Positions 1 to 13,707 of a stretch of 64,000 nucleotides of DNA are shown here, in pieces. Made by a program: the position numbers and the translations under genes. The first letter of the stretch is position 1. Each line of letters starts with the position of its first letter. The notes beneath the pieces are model-generated. The model was not told the DNA's origin and searched no databases. It saw nothing but the letters and a program-made list of their open reading frames with translations. This DNA comes from Octopus sinensis. Its lineage: Eukaryota. The stretch is taken from positions 25,358,001 through 25,422,000 of the forward strand of contig NC_043017.1 of the NCBI RefSeq assembly GCF_006345805.1. Direction: 5' to 3'.

Positions 1-1068
1 TCTGCTGAATGGTGAATTGAGTTTACGGTTTGAAGAGAAAGGTGGTTATGTAGATGTCAGACTGACAGAAGTCATTAACTCACAATGAAAGATAAACGAG
101 AAAATGAGAAAGCGTCTGACTTGACTAATTAACCTCACCTGTGCTTGTCGTCTTATTATTGTTGTCATCATCATCATCATCATCGTTCGCTTTCTGTTTT
201 CATTTATTTATTTACATATTTTTTCCTTTGATTTTTTTTTTTTTTTACATACGTCATTTGTGTGTTTTTTATTTGTTTTTCTTTTTGAATTATTAACACC
301 ACATTTAGATGAGTTAAAGATCTTCGTCGTTTTTTTGTTGATGCTCTTATTAACACTAGAGAACAAACAAACACACACACACACACACACAGATACATAC
401 ACACACACACACACACGCGGAGGCGCACGTACACAAGCACACAAATACAACAAAACAACAAGCAAACAGACAGTGAGACCGGGTTAATAGTCTGGTCAAT
501 TATTATTAGTTTAATGGTATAATTAATTTATCTCCTTGAGAATAACCAGAATGGAAGAGAGCTTAAATTGTGGTTTACACTTCCTAGATTGATTTCTGCC
601 AAAACTGTCTCATCAGATTTTTAATTGACCTCAGACAGATTATACGCCACTCTGTATGTATGTGTATGTGTGTGTGTGTGTGTGTGTGAGTGTGTGTGTG
701 TGTGTTGTGTGTGTGTGTGTGTGTGCATTGTGATGCTCACTTGCTGTTGTGGTGGTGGTGATCGCAGCATGAAATTGCTATGTAAAAGAAAACAAATGCT
801 GATAAAGGTTCATCATTTTCATCATCATCATCATCATCATCATCATTCTTGTCATCACCACTGGTGGTCGTTGTTGTCATTATCATCATCATTGTTGTTG
901 GTGTCAGTGTCATCATCATTGTTGCTGTCATCGTCGTTATCATCATCATCTTCGTTGTCATCATCATTGTTGTCATCATCATTATCATCATCATTGTTGC
1001 TGTCATCATCATCATCATCATCTTCGTTATCATCATCATCATCATCTTTGTTGTTGTCATCATCGTTG

Positions 1069-1099
<31 letters not shown>

Positions 1100-1198
1100 T
1101 ATTGTCATGGCTGTCATAACTGTCATTGTCATTATCAACATTATCATCATTATCATTCTCTTCTTTCTCCTCTCTGCATCATCATCATCATCATCATC

Positions 1199-1499
1199 AC
1201 CGTGACTGACCAGGCTATCAGATGTTGCTACACATCGCTGGTCACAATGCACTTCGCATTGTTTCAGCCTTCAAATGACGCCACCCCGCTGGCTAAGTGA
1301 GCAGGCCAACAGAAGAAAGAGTGAGAGAAAGTTGTGGCGAAGGAGTACAGCAGAGATCACCACTACCCCCTGCCGGAGCCTTGTGGAGCTTTAGGAGTTT
1401 TCGCTCAATAAACACTCACAACCACCAGGTCTGGGAATCAAAACCACAATCCTACAACCGCAAGTCCGCTGCCCTAACCACTGTGCCATTGCGCCTCCC
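1199..1499 (-). mobile_element. tRNA-derived SINE (head ggaggcgcaatggcacagtggttagggcagcggact), (TGA)n tail
   Basis: The reverse complement has A-box (tggcacagtgg) and B-box-like (gttttgattccc) motifs. It shares its head with the copy at 25339 but has a different 3' half. Confidence 0.75.
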
Positions 1500-1657
1500 A
1501 TCATCATTATAGTGTTTGCTTTTCCTTGCTGGCACAGCGCCTCACACCCTCCTGCATCTGGCACCCACAAAGAACAGAGCAAAACACCAAACTTAGTTGT
1601 TTATTGGATGTTTTTGTCCTCTTTTTTGTCTTTTTTATGTCTGGATGCTCTTATATA

Positions 1658-1790
1658 CGAGGGTGAGTCAAAAAGTAATGCCATTTTGTTTAGGACAGGT
1701 ATAATTACCCCAACACAGGAACATGTGTCATTCATCAAAATGAAGCTGGTCCTCTGTGGATCACATCCCTACTTTTCAACATAGTCACCC
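1658..1790 (+). mobile_element. Tc1/mariner left-end fragment
   Basis: TA followed by CGAGGGTGAGTCAAAAAGTAATG resembles a mariner TIR. No matching right TIR was seen. Confidence 0.55.
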
Positions 1791-1963
1791 ACCCATCCCA
1801 AATATCTCTCTTGTATATCCTCTCTCTGTCTGTCTGTCTCTCCCCCCTCTCTCCCACTTTGTCTTCATGTATTTTTTTAATGTTTTACTCAATTGAAATA
1901 TATTTTGATTTCATTTATAATTCTTGCTAAACTGGATATGTGCAAAACAATACAACATATAAT

Positions 1964-1996
<33 letters not shown>

Positions 1997-2269
1997 ACAC
2001 ACACATTGATAGCAACATATTATAATCATCTCTGTCTCTCTTTCTTTCTCTCTCATAGACAGGAACACATTGAAGCTCACAACAATATACACACACATAC
2101 ACAACAAAGCATATGCAATATACTCACACATTCTCACACCTTTACAAAAACAACACACTGCACAACACACACACACAGCAAACAATACACACACACACCT
2201 GTATGCTCACACGCGCATATTAACTCACCAAAGCACACAACCACTTCGCACAGCACACACACACCACAC

Positions 2270-2459
2270 ACACACACACAGAATAAGACCAAAGCACAAT
2301 ACACACACATACATAGAGTAATATGAAAGCACATACACACACACACACAGAATAAGACCAAAGCACAATACACACACACACACACACACACTCACACACA
2401 CACACACACGATAACACACAGAGAGTAATATGAAAGCACATAACACACACACACACACT

Positions 2460-2490
<31 letters not shown>

Positions 2491-2900
2491 ATTAATATGA
2501 AAGCACATAACACACACACACTCACACACAGAATAAGACCAAAGCACAATACACACACATACATAGAGTAATATGAAAGCACATAACACACACACACACA
2601 CTCACACACACACACACACACACTCACACACAGAATAAGACCAAAGCACAATACACACACATACATAGAGTAATATGAAAGCACATAACACACACACACA
2701 CACTCACACACACACACACACTCACACACAGAATAAGACCAAAGCGCAACACACACACACACACACACATAGTAATATGAAAGCACATAACACACACACA
2801 CTCACACACACACACACACACAGAATAAGACCAAAGCACAATACACACATTAAGTAATATGAAAGCACATAACACACACACACACACACTCACACACAGA
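2270..2900. repeat. Compound minisatellite: cagaataagaccaaagcacaata...gagtaatatgaaagcacataa + (CA)n, about 6-7 copies
   Basis: The unique spacers recur at about 2279, 2348, 2529, 2631, 2729 and 2821, separated by variable CA tracts. Confidence 0.85.
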
Positions 2901-3601
2901 ACAAGAGCAAAGCACACAACACAACACACACAACACAACACACACAACACAATACACACACACAGAGAGAGTAACACGAAAGTGCACCCCCCCCACCCAC
3001 CCACCCACTTAACACCAACACACTGGCAACCAACTTGTTGGAATCATTTCATGCAGAGCCAGATAGTTTTGTTCTCTTCCAATGATTCTGTTTATTTTAA
3101 TACATTCTCTCATCAAACACTTAAAGAACTTACGTTTTTCTCATAATGCTTTTTCACATTCTCTCTTGGAATTTCTCATATTTTCTCTTCTCTCTTTTGT
3201 TTTTTTTCCATCTGTGTAATTCCTTTTTAACAAATACTATTGATTATTATTATTATTATCATCATCATCACTGTCATCTTCATTATCATTGTTATCATCA
3301 TCATTATTACTATTATCATTGTTAGTATTATTATTGTTATTAATATTACTATTATTTTATTTTATTACTATTATCATTGTTCTCATTATTAGAATTATTG
3401 TTGTTATTATTGTTATTATTAGTGTTATTATTGTTATTATTAGTGTTATTATTGCTATCATCATCATCATTAATATTATCATTATTATTATCATTGTCAT
3501 TCTTATTCTTATCATTATTATTATTACTATTATCATCATCATTACTATTATGATTATTATTACTATTATTATTATCATCGTCATCGTCATCATCATCATC
3601 A

Positions 3602-3632
<31 letters not shown>

Positions 3633-4054
3633 CATTATTATTATTATTATCATCATCATCATTATTATCATTGCTATTACTACTGTTATAATTTTTATTA
3701 TTGTTATTGCTGTTATTACGATATTATTGTTATTGTTCGCTTTAAAGAAAAAAATATAATTTCTTTTTACCAAGAAATAAATATATATTTTTTTCTTTTG
3801 GTTTTTTTTTTTTTTATAATTTTATTTTCAATTTAAAAATTTGTTTCTATGGAAAATCTTATTAGAAATATTACAGAAGACAAAAACAAAAAAAAATGCT
3901 TTAAGAATTATATAATTCTTTTATCAGTTTCAAAATGCCATGAAATACAAAAAACAAAAAAAAAATTAATTAAAAAAAATAAAATTGGTTTTGATATTAA
4001 ATGTAATAAGTAATAAATACTAATAAGAAATGTTAATTGAACTGTTTATTTCAG

Positions 4055-4112
4055 GAACACGGCCTCCGTTAATCAAAAACCTCCCTCCACCTTTAGAGAT
4101 CCTTATGACAAG
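4055..4112 (+). CDS. MAP3K7: Internal coding exon of TAK1 / MAP3K7 (kinase subdomain X-XI), phase 1 start, phase 2 end
   Basis: Acceptor tgtttatttcAG at 4053-4054 and donor AG|GTAAGT at 4113. The 58 nt read GA ACA CGG CCT CCG TTA ATC AAA AAC CTC CCT CCA CCT TTA GAG ATC CTT ATG ACA AG = (G)[18 protein letters not shown](R). Recalled human TAK1 is [20 protein letters not shown] (17/20 identical). Confidence 0.9.
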
Positions 4113-4523
4113 GTAAGTTTTTGTCCATTGCTTGTTCGTTTGCATTTTTTTGTTTTGTTTTGAAACAATTAAGGTGCTTGGTTTTTATTTTCATTTATTT
4201 GTTTATTTATTATTATTATTATTTATTTATTTTTTTTTGAAAATGCTATGGTTTGGAAGAAGGTAGAAGTTGTGTTCATTTCATGGCTGGTGAAAGAGAT
4301 GCCGTTAATGTTCTTCTCCAATAGCTGCAGATTTAAAGCTGCATGAGGAAAAAGCAAAATTGAAGAACCAAAAAAAAAAAAAAAAAACCTAAAAAACACC
4401 CCTCCGAAATTCTCCCCCCACCGAAAAAAAAAAACCTAAGCAAAGAAAGGATTCCAAGGAACTGATATTCTGGAATGAAAGTTTGGGAATAAGAAGTTCA
4501 ATACAAGCTGCGGGCACAATATT

Positions 4524-4754
4524 TATTTCTTTACTACCCACAAGGGGCTAAACATAGAGGGGACAAACAAGTACAAACAAAGGGATTAAGCCGATTACAT
4601 CGACCCCAGTGCGAAACTGGTACTTTATTTATCGACCCCGAAAAGATGAAAGGCAAAGTCGACCTCGGCGGAATTTGAACTCAGAACGTAGCGATAGACG
4701 AAATACCGCTAAGCATTTCACCCGGCGTGCTAACGTCTCTGCCAGCTCGCCGCC
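4524..4754 (-). mobile_element. SINE family A (tRNA head ggcgagctggcagaaacgttagcac; central gtcgactttgcctttcatcctttcggggtcgataaa domain), full length
   Basis: Multi-copy in this window. Flanked by the direct repeat tgcgggcacaatatt (4509-4523 and 4760-4774), a probable TSD. Confidence 0.85.
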
Positions 4755-4838
4755 AATATTGCGGGCACAATATTGGAGGACAAAAGGCAGAGAGAGATAG
4801 AAGTTATGAGTAGCGTACACTATATGATGTCATCATCG

Positions 4839-5215
4839 TTTAACTCATTAATATTCGGATTATTTTATCATATGTGATGCTTATTTAATTACATTATTTT
4901 CAATTAATCATGCATTATCTTGTAGCTTTGAGATTTCAATAATGGGATTGTATATTCTTAGAGTGACATTGTAAGGTTGGTTTAAGAGCTCAGATCTGAC
5001 CAGTTTGAGCATAAAGCATTTAGAATACCCAGGCCAGATATGGCTGGTTTAACCCTTGAAAATATGCAAATTTATTCTGTCAAATGTAATGCTCTTTCAT
5101 TTACATTGTTTGTAATTAACCGTACATTATTTTGTAGCTTTGAAATTTTGATGATGCGATTGTATATTTTTTAGAATGGCATTGGAGGGTGAGTGTGATA
5201 AGCTGGATCTGGCTG
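4839..5215 (+). mobile_element. Two tandem degenerate copies of a TTAA-flanked piggyBac-type MITE
   Basis: Similar to the copies at 23770, 41505 and 60855 (ttaaccctt-agcattcagatt...aatgctaaagggttaa). Confidence 0.6.
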
Positions 5216-5313
5216 TGTGTGTGCTTGTTCATATCTTTAACCTTTTACTTGTTTCAGTCATTAGATTGTGGCCATGCTGGAGCACTGCCATGAAGAATGT
5301 TTTTAATCAAACA

Positions 5314-5628
5314 AAAAGCACCATCCGAACGTGGCCAATGCCAGCGCCGCCTAGACTGGCTTCTGTGCCGGTGGCACGTAAAAAGCACCATCTGAACGTG
5401 GCCAATGCCAGTGCCGCTTTGACTGGCTTCTGTGCTGGTGGCACGTAAAAAGCACCAACCGATTGCGGCCACTGCTGAACTCCCCTGGCCCCTGTGCCGG
5501 TGGCACGTAAAAAGCACCCACTACACTCACTGGAGCCTGGTGCAGCGTCCTGGCTTCCCAGACCCCGGTCGAACCATCCAACCCGTGCTAGCGCGGAAAA
5601 CAGACGTTAAACAATGATGATGATGATG
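5314..5628 (+). mobile_element. SINE family C (internal tgccggtggcacgtaaaaagcacc repeats, tail gacgttaaacgatgatgat)
   Basis: Contains repeated internal subunits and the (GAT)n tail shared by about 12 copies in the window. Confidence 0.8.
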
Positions 5629-6159
5629 ACAAAATTGCCCCCAATAGATTTTTTTTAAGCCTCGTATTTGTTCCATTGCTTTTTTTTGCCGAACCACTAA
5701 GTTACAAGAATGTAAACAAACCAACAATAGTTGTCAAGTGGGGGTGGAGACAAGCACAAACACACATTCATGTGCGATGGGCTTTTTCATTGGTCCAAGG
5801 CTACAGTGAAAGACATTTGCCCCTGGTGCCATGCAGTAAGATTGAACCAAGAACTATGTTGTCCTTACCTCACAGCCATACCTGCACCTTTACATATGTA
5901 CATACATACGGCGCGGGCATGGCTTGTCAGCACGGGCATGGCTTTTTGGCACGGGCATGGCTGTGTGGTCAGGAAGCTTGCTTCTCAGCTACATGGTTTC
6001 GGGTTCAGTCCCACTGCATGGCACTTTGGGCAAGTGCCTTCTGCTATAGCTCTGGGCCAACCAATGCTTTGTGATTGAATCTGGTAGGCGGAACTTACTG
6101 CCGTGTGTGTAGGTGCTTGTGCCTCTCCGAGAGAGAGAGGTGTATATATATATATATAT

Positions 6160-6391
6160 ATTTCTTTATTGCCCACAAGGTGCTAAACATAGAGGGGACA
6201 AACAAGAATAGACAAAGGGTTTAAGTTGATTGCATCGACCCCAGTGCGAAACTGGTGCTTTATTTATCGACCCCGAAATGATGAAAGGCAAAGTCGACCT
6301 CAGTGGAATTTGAACTCAGAACGTAACGGCCGATGAAATATGGCTACGCATTTCGCCCGGTGTGCTAACGTTTCTGCCAGCACGCCGCCTT
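6160..6391 (-). mobile_element. SINE family A, full length
   Basis: Closely similar to 4524-4754. Confidence 0.85.
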
Positions 6392-6393
6392 AG

Positions 6394-6439
<46 letters not shown>

Positions 6440-7957
6440 CTCTCTATATATATGTATCATCATCATGTTAATAATCATCAATAATAATAAACTCCAAAAA
6501 AAGCCTCATGATAGCAAAGGAGAATGGGCACCTGCCAGCCAAAAGTTTGGGGTGGGCTGCACCTGCCTACCTCGGTTGCCATGGGATTGAGGTAGGTCTG
6601 GCCACCCCTGTTAACGGGGCCAAAACCCGGATTTAAAACACTGGATGATGATGATGATCATCATAATAATCATCGTTGTCATGACCGTCATTGAACTTCT
6701 GCTTTCCATGCTTGCGTAAACAAGAAGACACTCCCCTCCCGTCACTGGCACCGCCGCCGCCGCCGCCACACCAATATTGAGTGTCTTCCCCCACCACCAC
6801 CCCGGCTTCTCTTCTCACAGAACAGAATCGGTTCCGTGTCACTGTGCCCTCTTTCGTCACTCTATACCTGTCTCGTCTACAAGTGAACAGAAGTATTTAT
6901 TTATTTGCTTCCGTGCATCTGTCCGTCCTCGTCCTTCCACCCAGCCATCCACCCCTCTTCATACCTTTCTTTCATCTCATCGAAAACACCCATTGACTCT
7001 CATTTACAAATCACCTTATATGTACACTTATTATTTTCATGCTTCTCTCTTGATTTGCCATTATCGTTTTTTTTTCTTCTTCTGTTTCTTTTTCTTTTCT
7101 TTTCTTCCACTCAGTGACTTCCTTTCTTCACTTCTGAAAGATGTGTTTCTTTTGAATAGAATGAACTTCTCTGCTATTTCTTTTACCTCACCTCCCTCTC
7201 CGCTTCTCTTTTTCTTCAGGTGTCTTTTTTTTTGCAGCCTCTCTTTCATCTTCTCTCTCTCACCTGTTTTTTCCCTTTCATCTCTCTCTCTCATCTTCTC
7301 CCTCTCTTCTTCTCTCACATATCTCTTTCTCATCCCTCTCTCATCTTTCTCTCTCATCCCTCTCTTATCCCTCTCTCTCATCTTCTCTGTCTCGCTCATC
7401 TCTTTCTCTCTCATCTTCTCCCTGTCTCTCATCTCTATGTCTCTCATTTGGTCTCCCTCTTTCTTTCTTTCTACCTTCCTCATCTCTCTCTCATCCCTCT
7501 CTCTCATCTCTCTCTCTTATCCCTCTCTTATATTTCTCTCATCCCCCTCTCTCATACATCTCTTTTCTCTCATCTCTCTTCTCTTTTATCTTCTCATCTC
7601 TTTCTCTCTCTCATCTTCTCTGTCTCTCATCTTCTCTGTCTCTCATCTTCTCTCCCTCTCTCATCTGGTCATCCTCTTTCATTTTCTCTCTGTTTCTTTC
7701 TCTCTACCTCCCCCCATCTCTCACCACACCTCTCTCAGTATTGGTCTATCCTCTTTGTTATAACGACAGGTTGAGAAATGGGTAGAGGTAAGATGAAAGT
7801 ATGTTATCTTTCCATTATATTACTCGCTTTATTATGCTGTCACCATGCTCTGGCTTCATATTCGGGTGCAGCAGATTGCATGTACGTAGCTAGCATCTCA
7901 CTATGTACTTGAACTCAGAATGTAAGGGGAGGTAAAAGTAAGGAAATAAAATAAATG

Positions 7958-8125
7958 ATGGAGTGGTTGGCGTTAGGAAGGGCATCCAGCCGTAGAAACA
8001 TTGCCAGATCAGACTGGGCCTGGTGCAGCCTTCTGGCTTCACAGACCCCAGTTGAACCGTCCAACCCATGCCAGCATGGAAAGCGGATGCTAAACGACAT
8101 TGATAATGATGATGATGATGATGAT
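7958..8125 (+). mobile_element. SINE family C 3' portion
   Basis: gagtggttggcgttaggaagggcatccagc...gcggatgctaaacgac + (GAT)n. Confidence 0.8.
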
Positions 8126-8526
8126 GCTACTGGAGTGTTTACGATCCCGTAACTTAGCAGTTCGGCAAAACAGACTGATAGAATAAGTACTAAGCTTACG
8201 AAGAATAAGTCCTGGGGTCGATTTGCTCGACTAAAGGCGGCACTCCAGCATGGCCACAGTCAAATGACTGAAACAAGTAAAAAAAGTACAAGAGAGTAAA
8301 GAGAATAAATAAATAATTGATTCTTGGACATTGGGCAGCTGCGTGTACAGTAACCATGGCAGCATCTGGCGATACAGACATCCCTGAGAGCCAGGCATCC
8401 CACTCCTTGCCCCTGTCTCTTACTTTCAAGAATCGGTTGCATTTGAATGAAAATAGTGTTGGAAAATATAAATCCGACACATGACCGGATTGACTTATGA
8501 CCTGTCAGTCGGAATGGAACTTGGTC

Positions 8527-8795
8527 ATCATCATCATTGTTCGACCGTGGTCGAGACAATGGAATTTACCATGCTACACCAGACTTCACGGTCCATCATG
8601 GCATTACGGAAGTCCTGTTGCTGGATGCCTGTATCCCTGGAGATTACATCAGGGTAGGAGAGTGTGCGCCCTCTGGTATTGCGAGTAGATGGCTTCCAGA
8701 GGAGGAGAGTAGAAATTACCTCTTTTTCAGCTCTACAACCATGTCCAGCAAACTGGACTCTTACCTTTCACAAGAACTTGGTCGTGAGTCGAGGA
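8527..8795 (-). mobile_element. RTE-clade LINE 3' end (5'-truncated)
   Basis: The minus strand reads VQFAGHGCRAEKEVISTLLLWKPSTRNTRGRTLSYPDVISRDTGIQQQDFRNAMMDREVWCSMVNSIVSTTVEQ* then (TGA)n. This fits the RTE ORF C-terminal pattern FAGH..R...W.P...RGR....D.....M.DR..W. Confidence 0.8.
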
Positions 8796-9781
8796 GAAGG
8801 TGTTCTGTCAGTTGATTCGACTTGGATTTCACTGACCACAGACTTCCCGATAAGTTTGTGTCTTGGTGCCAAGGTTCAGCTTTGTCTCTCAATTCTCAAA
8901 TGTTTAAAATAAATTCTATTATAAATACAACAATGGAACGAGGAGATTCTATTGAACGGCCGGCTCTTCTCTGTAAATCACTGGATTTGTTTGTATTCAA
9001 AACAAATTTAATAGAATTTGTATAACAGCTGACAAAATTCCTTGAGCTATTTAGTTACTTTCCCCTACATTCTGAGTTCAAATCCTACCAGGGTTGACTT
9101 CATTTCTAATTCATTCAGGGTTAATAAAATAAACATCAGTAACTTTATATCATCATTATCATCATCATAATTGTCATAATCATAATTATCAGATACCCAC
9201 TTCACAGGCCGACACAGTTCAAGTCAGTTGTTATTTGGAGTTACTGCTCTGCTAAACAGGTTGCAGACCATGGTTTCCTGTCACCAATGACAGGAAAGGC
9301 ATCTGGCCATAGAAAAATCTACCTCAATAAATTCCGCAAGCATCGGAAGAGGACGTTAAATGATGCTGATTCTCTTCTAAATTATCTCTCTTCATTTGCC
9401 AACCACTTTACAGAGCGTACTAGGTGCATTTTACCATGGCACCAGGATTAAAGTTTTTTTCCTTGTCTCCAGTAACATTAAGGAGTTTCTCTACATTGTC
9501 TTTGAAATTCAAGGTTTTGTGCTGCTGTCAGAAATAATTGTGTCAAACACTAAAATCAAGAGGAATGCAAAGTGGCAGAAATAGGTCAAAGTCTACACTA
9601 ATTGGATTCCAGTATTTTCTTGCTTGTGCTGTCCTTGACTTTGATGATCTGACCTGTCAGGATATGAGCAGCCTCTCAGCTCTGGCCTGACCCCATCATA
9701 GATACATCAGATGCTCTTTCTTCTCTCTGCCTTGTTAGTGAATCTTTGAATCTACTTGTTGTATCTGTAGCATTTTGAATA

Positions 9782-9927
9782 CTTGGCGTTAGGAAGGGCA
9801 TCCAGCCGTAGAAACAATGCCAGATCAGACTGGGCCTGGTGCAGCCTTCTGGCTTCCCAGACCCCAGTTGCACCGTCCAACCCATGCCAGCATGGAAAGC
9901 GGATGCTAAACAACGATGATGATGATG
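9782..9927 (+). mobile_element. SINE family C 3' portion
   Basis: Nearly identical to 7968-8097. Confidence 0.8.
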
Positions 9928-12120
9928 TCCGTGTGCTGTGGATGTCCATGAAGAAACCAGTGAGAGCCTCCCTTGAGTGGAAACAAGAAAGTGGGAAACT
10001 GTCAAGACATGGTTGAGAGCTGCGGCAGAGGATAGGGCACCCATAGGCTCTGACTTGTAGCAGGCTAATGACAGGGCTTGTAACTATGTTAGGTAGATAT
10101 CCATCATCACTTGATACCCATTTCAAACCCAGGGTACATCTGTGCTGGTAACTGGTGGTGATTTGGTCGGCGAATCCTCTGCGACAGTCGACAATTGAGG
10201 GCAAGATGAGCTGCTATGGATCACATTATCCTAACACATGTGCACATGTGGCTGGGGGCCACATGTGAATTTGTATTCTCACTGAAACTATAAACATGAA
10301 CCCTACACCTAGACAGTGATCACTATGGCTACAGCGTCTGTGCTGACATGCTTGTCGGATGTGGTCAGCATTTGTGAGGGACGCGAACGCATTGCTCGGA
10401 GGTGGCTCAACATACCCCAGGTGAATGCCGCTGCAAGCACATGTAAGTTCTCCATGCATGATCTGCAGTGTATTTGCACCGATGTACTGCAATACATAAA
10501 AATGCGCTGACAACCACTGGTACAAAGCATTTCCCGATTTGATTGTATGCACTTCAGGATATGCAGTTCCTGAGAGGAAGAAAAGGAAAAATGAGGGCCA
10601 TGTTTAGAGCACGTTGCATCATCATAGCTCTGCTAGGCTAGGGCTCTCCTGCTGCTAAGCGACGACAACAACAACAAAAACAACTCACCTGTTCTACCTG
10701 CTTTCTTTAATTTTATTTGTGTCCTCCGTCTCCAGTTCAATCCATCGGTTTATGAAAGCTTAAACTAAATATTAACCTTCTCAATATTAATTTCCTTTAA
10801 ACTGTCTCTGTCGCTGCCTTCTTCCACCCCACCAGCATAAAAATGATATTAATGATATTATGCCCTCCACCCTGCTCTTGTTCCCACTCAACTGAGACTC
10901 AAGTCTACCCTGATCAAGCTGTGTGTGAGTATGAGAGTGAGGACAGGTGTTTGCGTATGTTGTGTGTTTGTGTACATATGTATACATGTATATATTTAGC
11001 TATCTATCTATCTATCTATACATATGTATATATATATATATATATACATATATATACACACGCACATATGTATATATATATATATATATATTCATGTGTG
11101 TATGTATGTGTGCCTGTGTATATAAATATATATATGTGTGTGTTATGTACATTTATATTTATATATGTTTATGAGTGTGTGTGTATATATGTGTGTGTGT
11201 CTGTTTGTGTGTATATATATACATGTGTATATATATATATGCATGTATATTTATATATGTGTATGTGTGTGTGTATATATGTGTATTTATGTATATATAT
11301 ATATATGTGTATATATATATATGTATATATGTGTATATATGTGTTTATATATGTATATGTGTATATATATATGTGTGTGTGTGTTTATGTATGTGTATAT
11401 ATATATGTGTGTGTGTGTATGTACGTATATATATGTGTATGTATGTATATATGTGTATGTATGTATATATGTGTATGTATGTATATACGTATATATATAT
11501 ATATTTATATATATATACACATACACACATACTTATTCTACGTTGCTGTTGAACCATATGGAAAACATGCAGAACATATTCTGAATGAAAAGTCTTTGAA
11601 CACTTTGCATTCTGCCGCTGCCGCCATCACCATCACCACCACCACCACCACCACCACCACCACCATCAAAGCCATTCTGTAGTGCATTGCACTGCATTTA
11701 GAATATTCATATTAATTCTGACGTTTGTTTACAAATTCATATGAGAGAAATATTCCAACAACATAGGCCCCCTCCCCCCTCGTCCTCTCCCTCCTCCTCC
11801 CCCCCTGCTTATATAAATAATTCAGTCAGATTGAAAATAATAATTCTGTTTTTTTTTTCTTCTTTCCTTTTTCTGCCCCCCCCTACCCCCCTGTTTTTCC
11901 CTCTCTCTCTCTTCTCTACTTTCTGCTTTCTGTCTGACATGAAAGCTTGGTCTAATGGCATTATTCGATCTACCTTTGCAAGTTTTACTTTATTTTGTAT
12001 TGTGTATGTGTTGGTGTATGTGTGTAATATGTGTAATGTGTGTGTATAGATATATATATATATATATATGAATTTGTGGATCTGTTTGTATGCATATCTA
12101 TTGTTTATGTCTGTATATAC

Positions 12121-12187
<67 letters not shown>

Positions 12188-12307
12188 AATATGTGCGCAC
12201 ACACACACACATATATATATATGCGTACATGTGAATTTGTGTACTTGTTTGTGTGTATATATGTATATGTACTTAAATATATATAGTTGTATGTGTGTGA
12301 GTGCACA

Positions 12308-12358
<51 letters not shown>

Positions 12359-12471
12359 GCAAAACCAAATCATACATACATGCATGCATGCATACATATA
12401 TATATAGATGCATGTATGTATGCGATTGTATGTGTGTGTGTATATATATATACATATATATATATATATAG

Positions 12472-12502
<31 letters not shown>

Positions 12503-13707
12503 TATATATCCATATATGTGTGTGTATGCATGCTTATATGCATTTTATTTGGTTGGTCTTTTCTGTGACAAATCTCTTATGTTATCATTTTAAATATTTT
12601 ATGTGAATAATTGTTTTTATTGTTGTTGTTTTGTTTATGTACTTCAAAAAAAAAAAACAAATAAAAAAAAACAAACAAAAACAAAAAAACAAAAACAAAA
12701 AAAAAAGAATTAGCATTGTGCATTTTGAACCGAAAATAGTCATAAAGACTAACCTCCATATACAGCAGCAACAGTAGCGGCAGTAGCAGCAACAGTTACA
12801 ACAACAGATGTTGATTTCTATGCTTATATATTTTTAAATGGCAGATAGAGATGTAATTGATTCAAATGACCTCAGTGTATGACTGCTGCTTAACATTATT
12901 GACTCTGGAAGGGATAAAAGACACAGCTGACTTTGGTGTAATTTGAACCCTGGAACCGGAGGGTTAAAACTGAATAACCTTTATTCTAATGATACACTGT
13001 TTCTGCCAACATTTTTCCGGCATCATCTCCACCACCACCACCACCACCTTGTCATTTACTTCCTCCTCCTCTTCTTCCTCTCTTTGCCACCAACTTCTCT
13101 TCTGTCCCTCTTCTCCCTCTTCTCTCTCCCTCTTCTCCTTGCCTTCCTCTTCCTTCTCTCTTCCTCCTCCCATTCCTCTACATCCTCCTCTCCCTTCTCT
13201 TCTTCCTTTCTCTTTCCCCCCTCTCCGCATCCTTCTCTGTTTCCGCTTGTGGTGGTGATGGTTGTGGTGTTAGTGAGGCACTGGCACTGCCACTACCACC
13301 ACCACCACCACCACCACCAACATCTGAGTTTAAATTCTGCTGAGATGAGGTTTGTCTTTCATCCTACCAGAGTTGCTAAAATAAATACCCAGCAAAAAGT
13401 ACTTGGGCCCATTGGTATCAACTGCTTCGCCTCCCATCAAAATTACTCACCTTGTGCCTAAATCGGAAACCATTATTATTGGTATAGTGGTAGAATTGTT
13501 AGAGACTTGTTGGGAAAATACGTTATATTTGTTGCATCTTTTTATATTCTAAGTTTAAATCTCAAGGAGGCCAACTTTGCTGTTCATCCTTTCAGGGTTG
13601 ATAAAATAAGGGACCAGTTAAGTACTAGAGTTGACATAATTGACTTTTCCCCCTCCCCTCAAAATTACTGGCCTCGTGCCAAAATTAGAAGGGATCATTA
13701 TTATTAT

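Noticed and set aside
585-622. CUGAUGA...GAAA on the minus strand (also at about 21193, 32182 and 56395)
   Set aside because: Helices I and II cannot form, so these are chance core-like words.
204-3773. Poly-CV/HT/I/S ORFs here and throughout the window
   Set aside because: Translations of CA, TA, ATT and ATC microsatellites.
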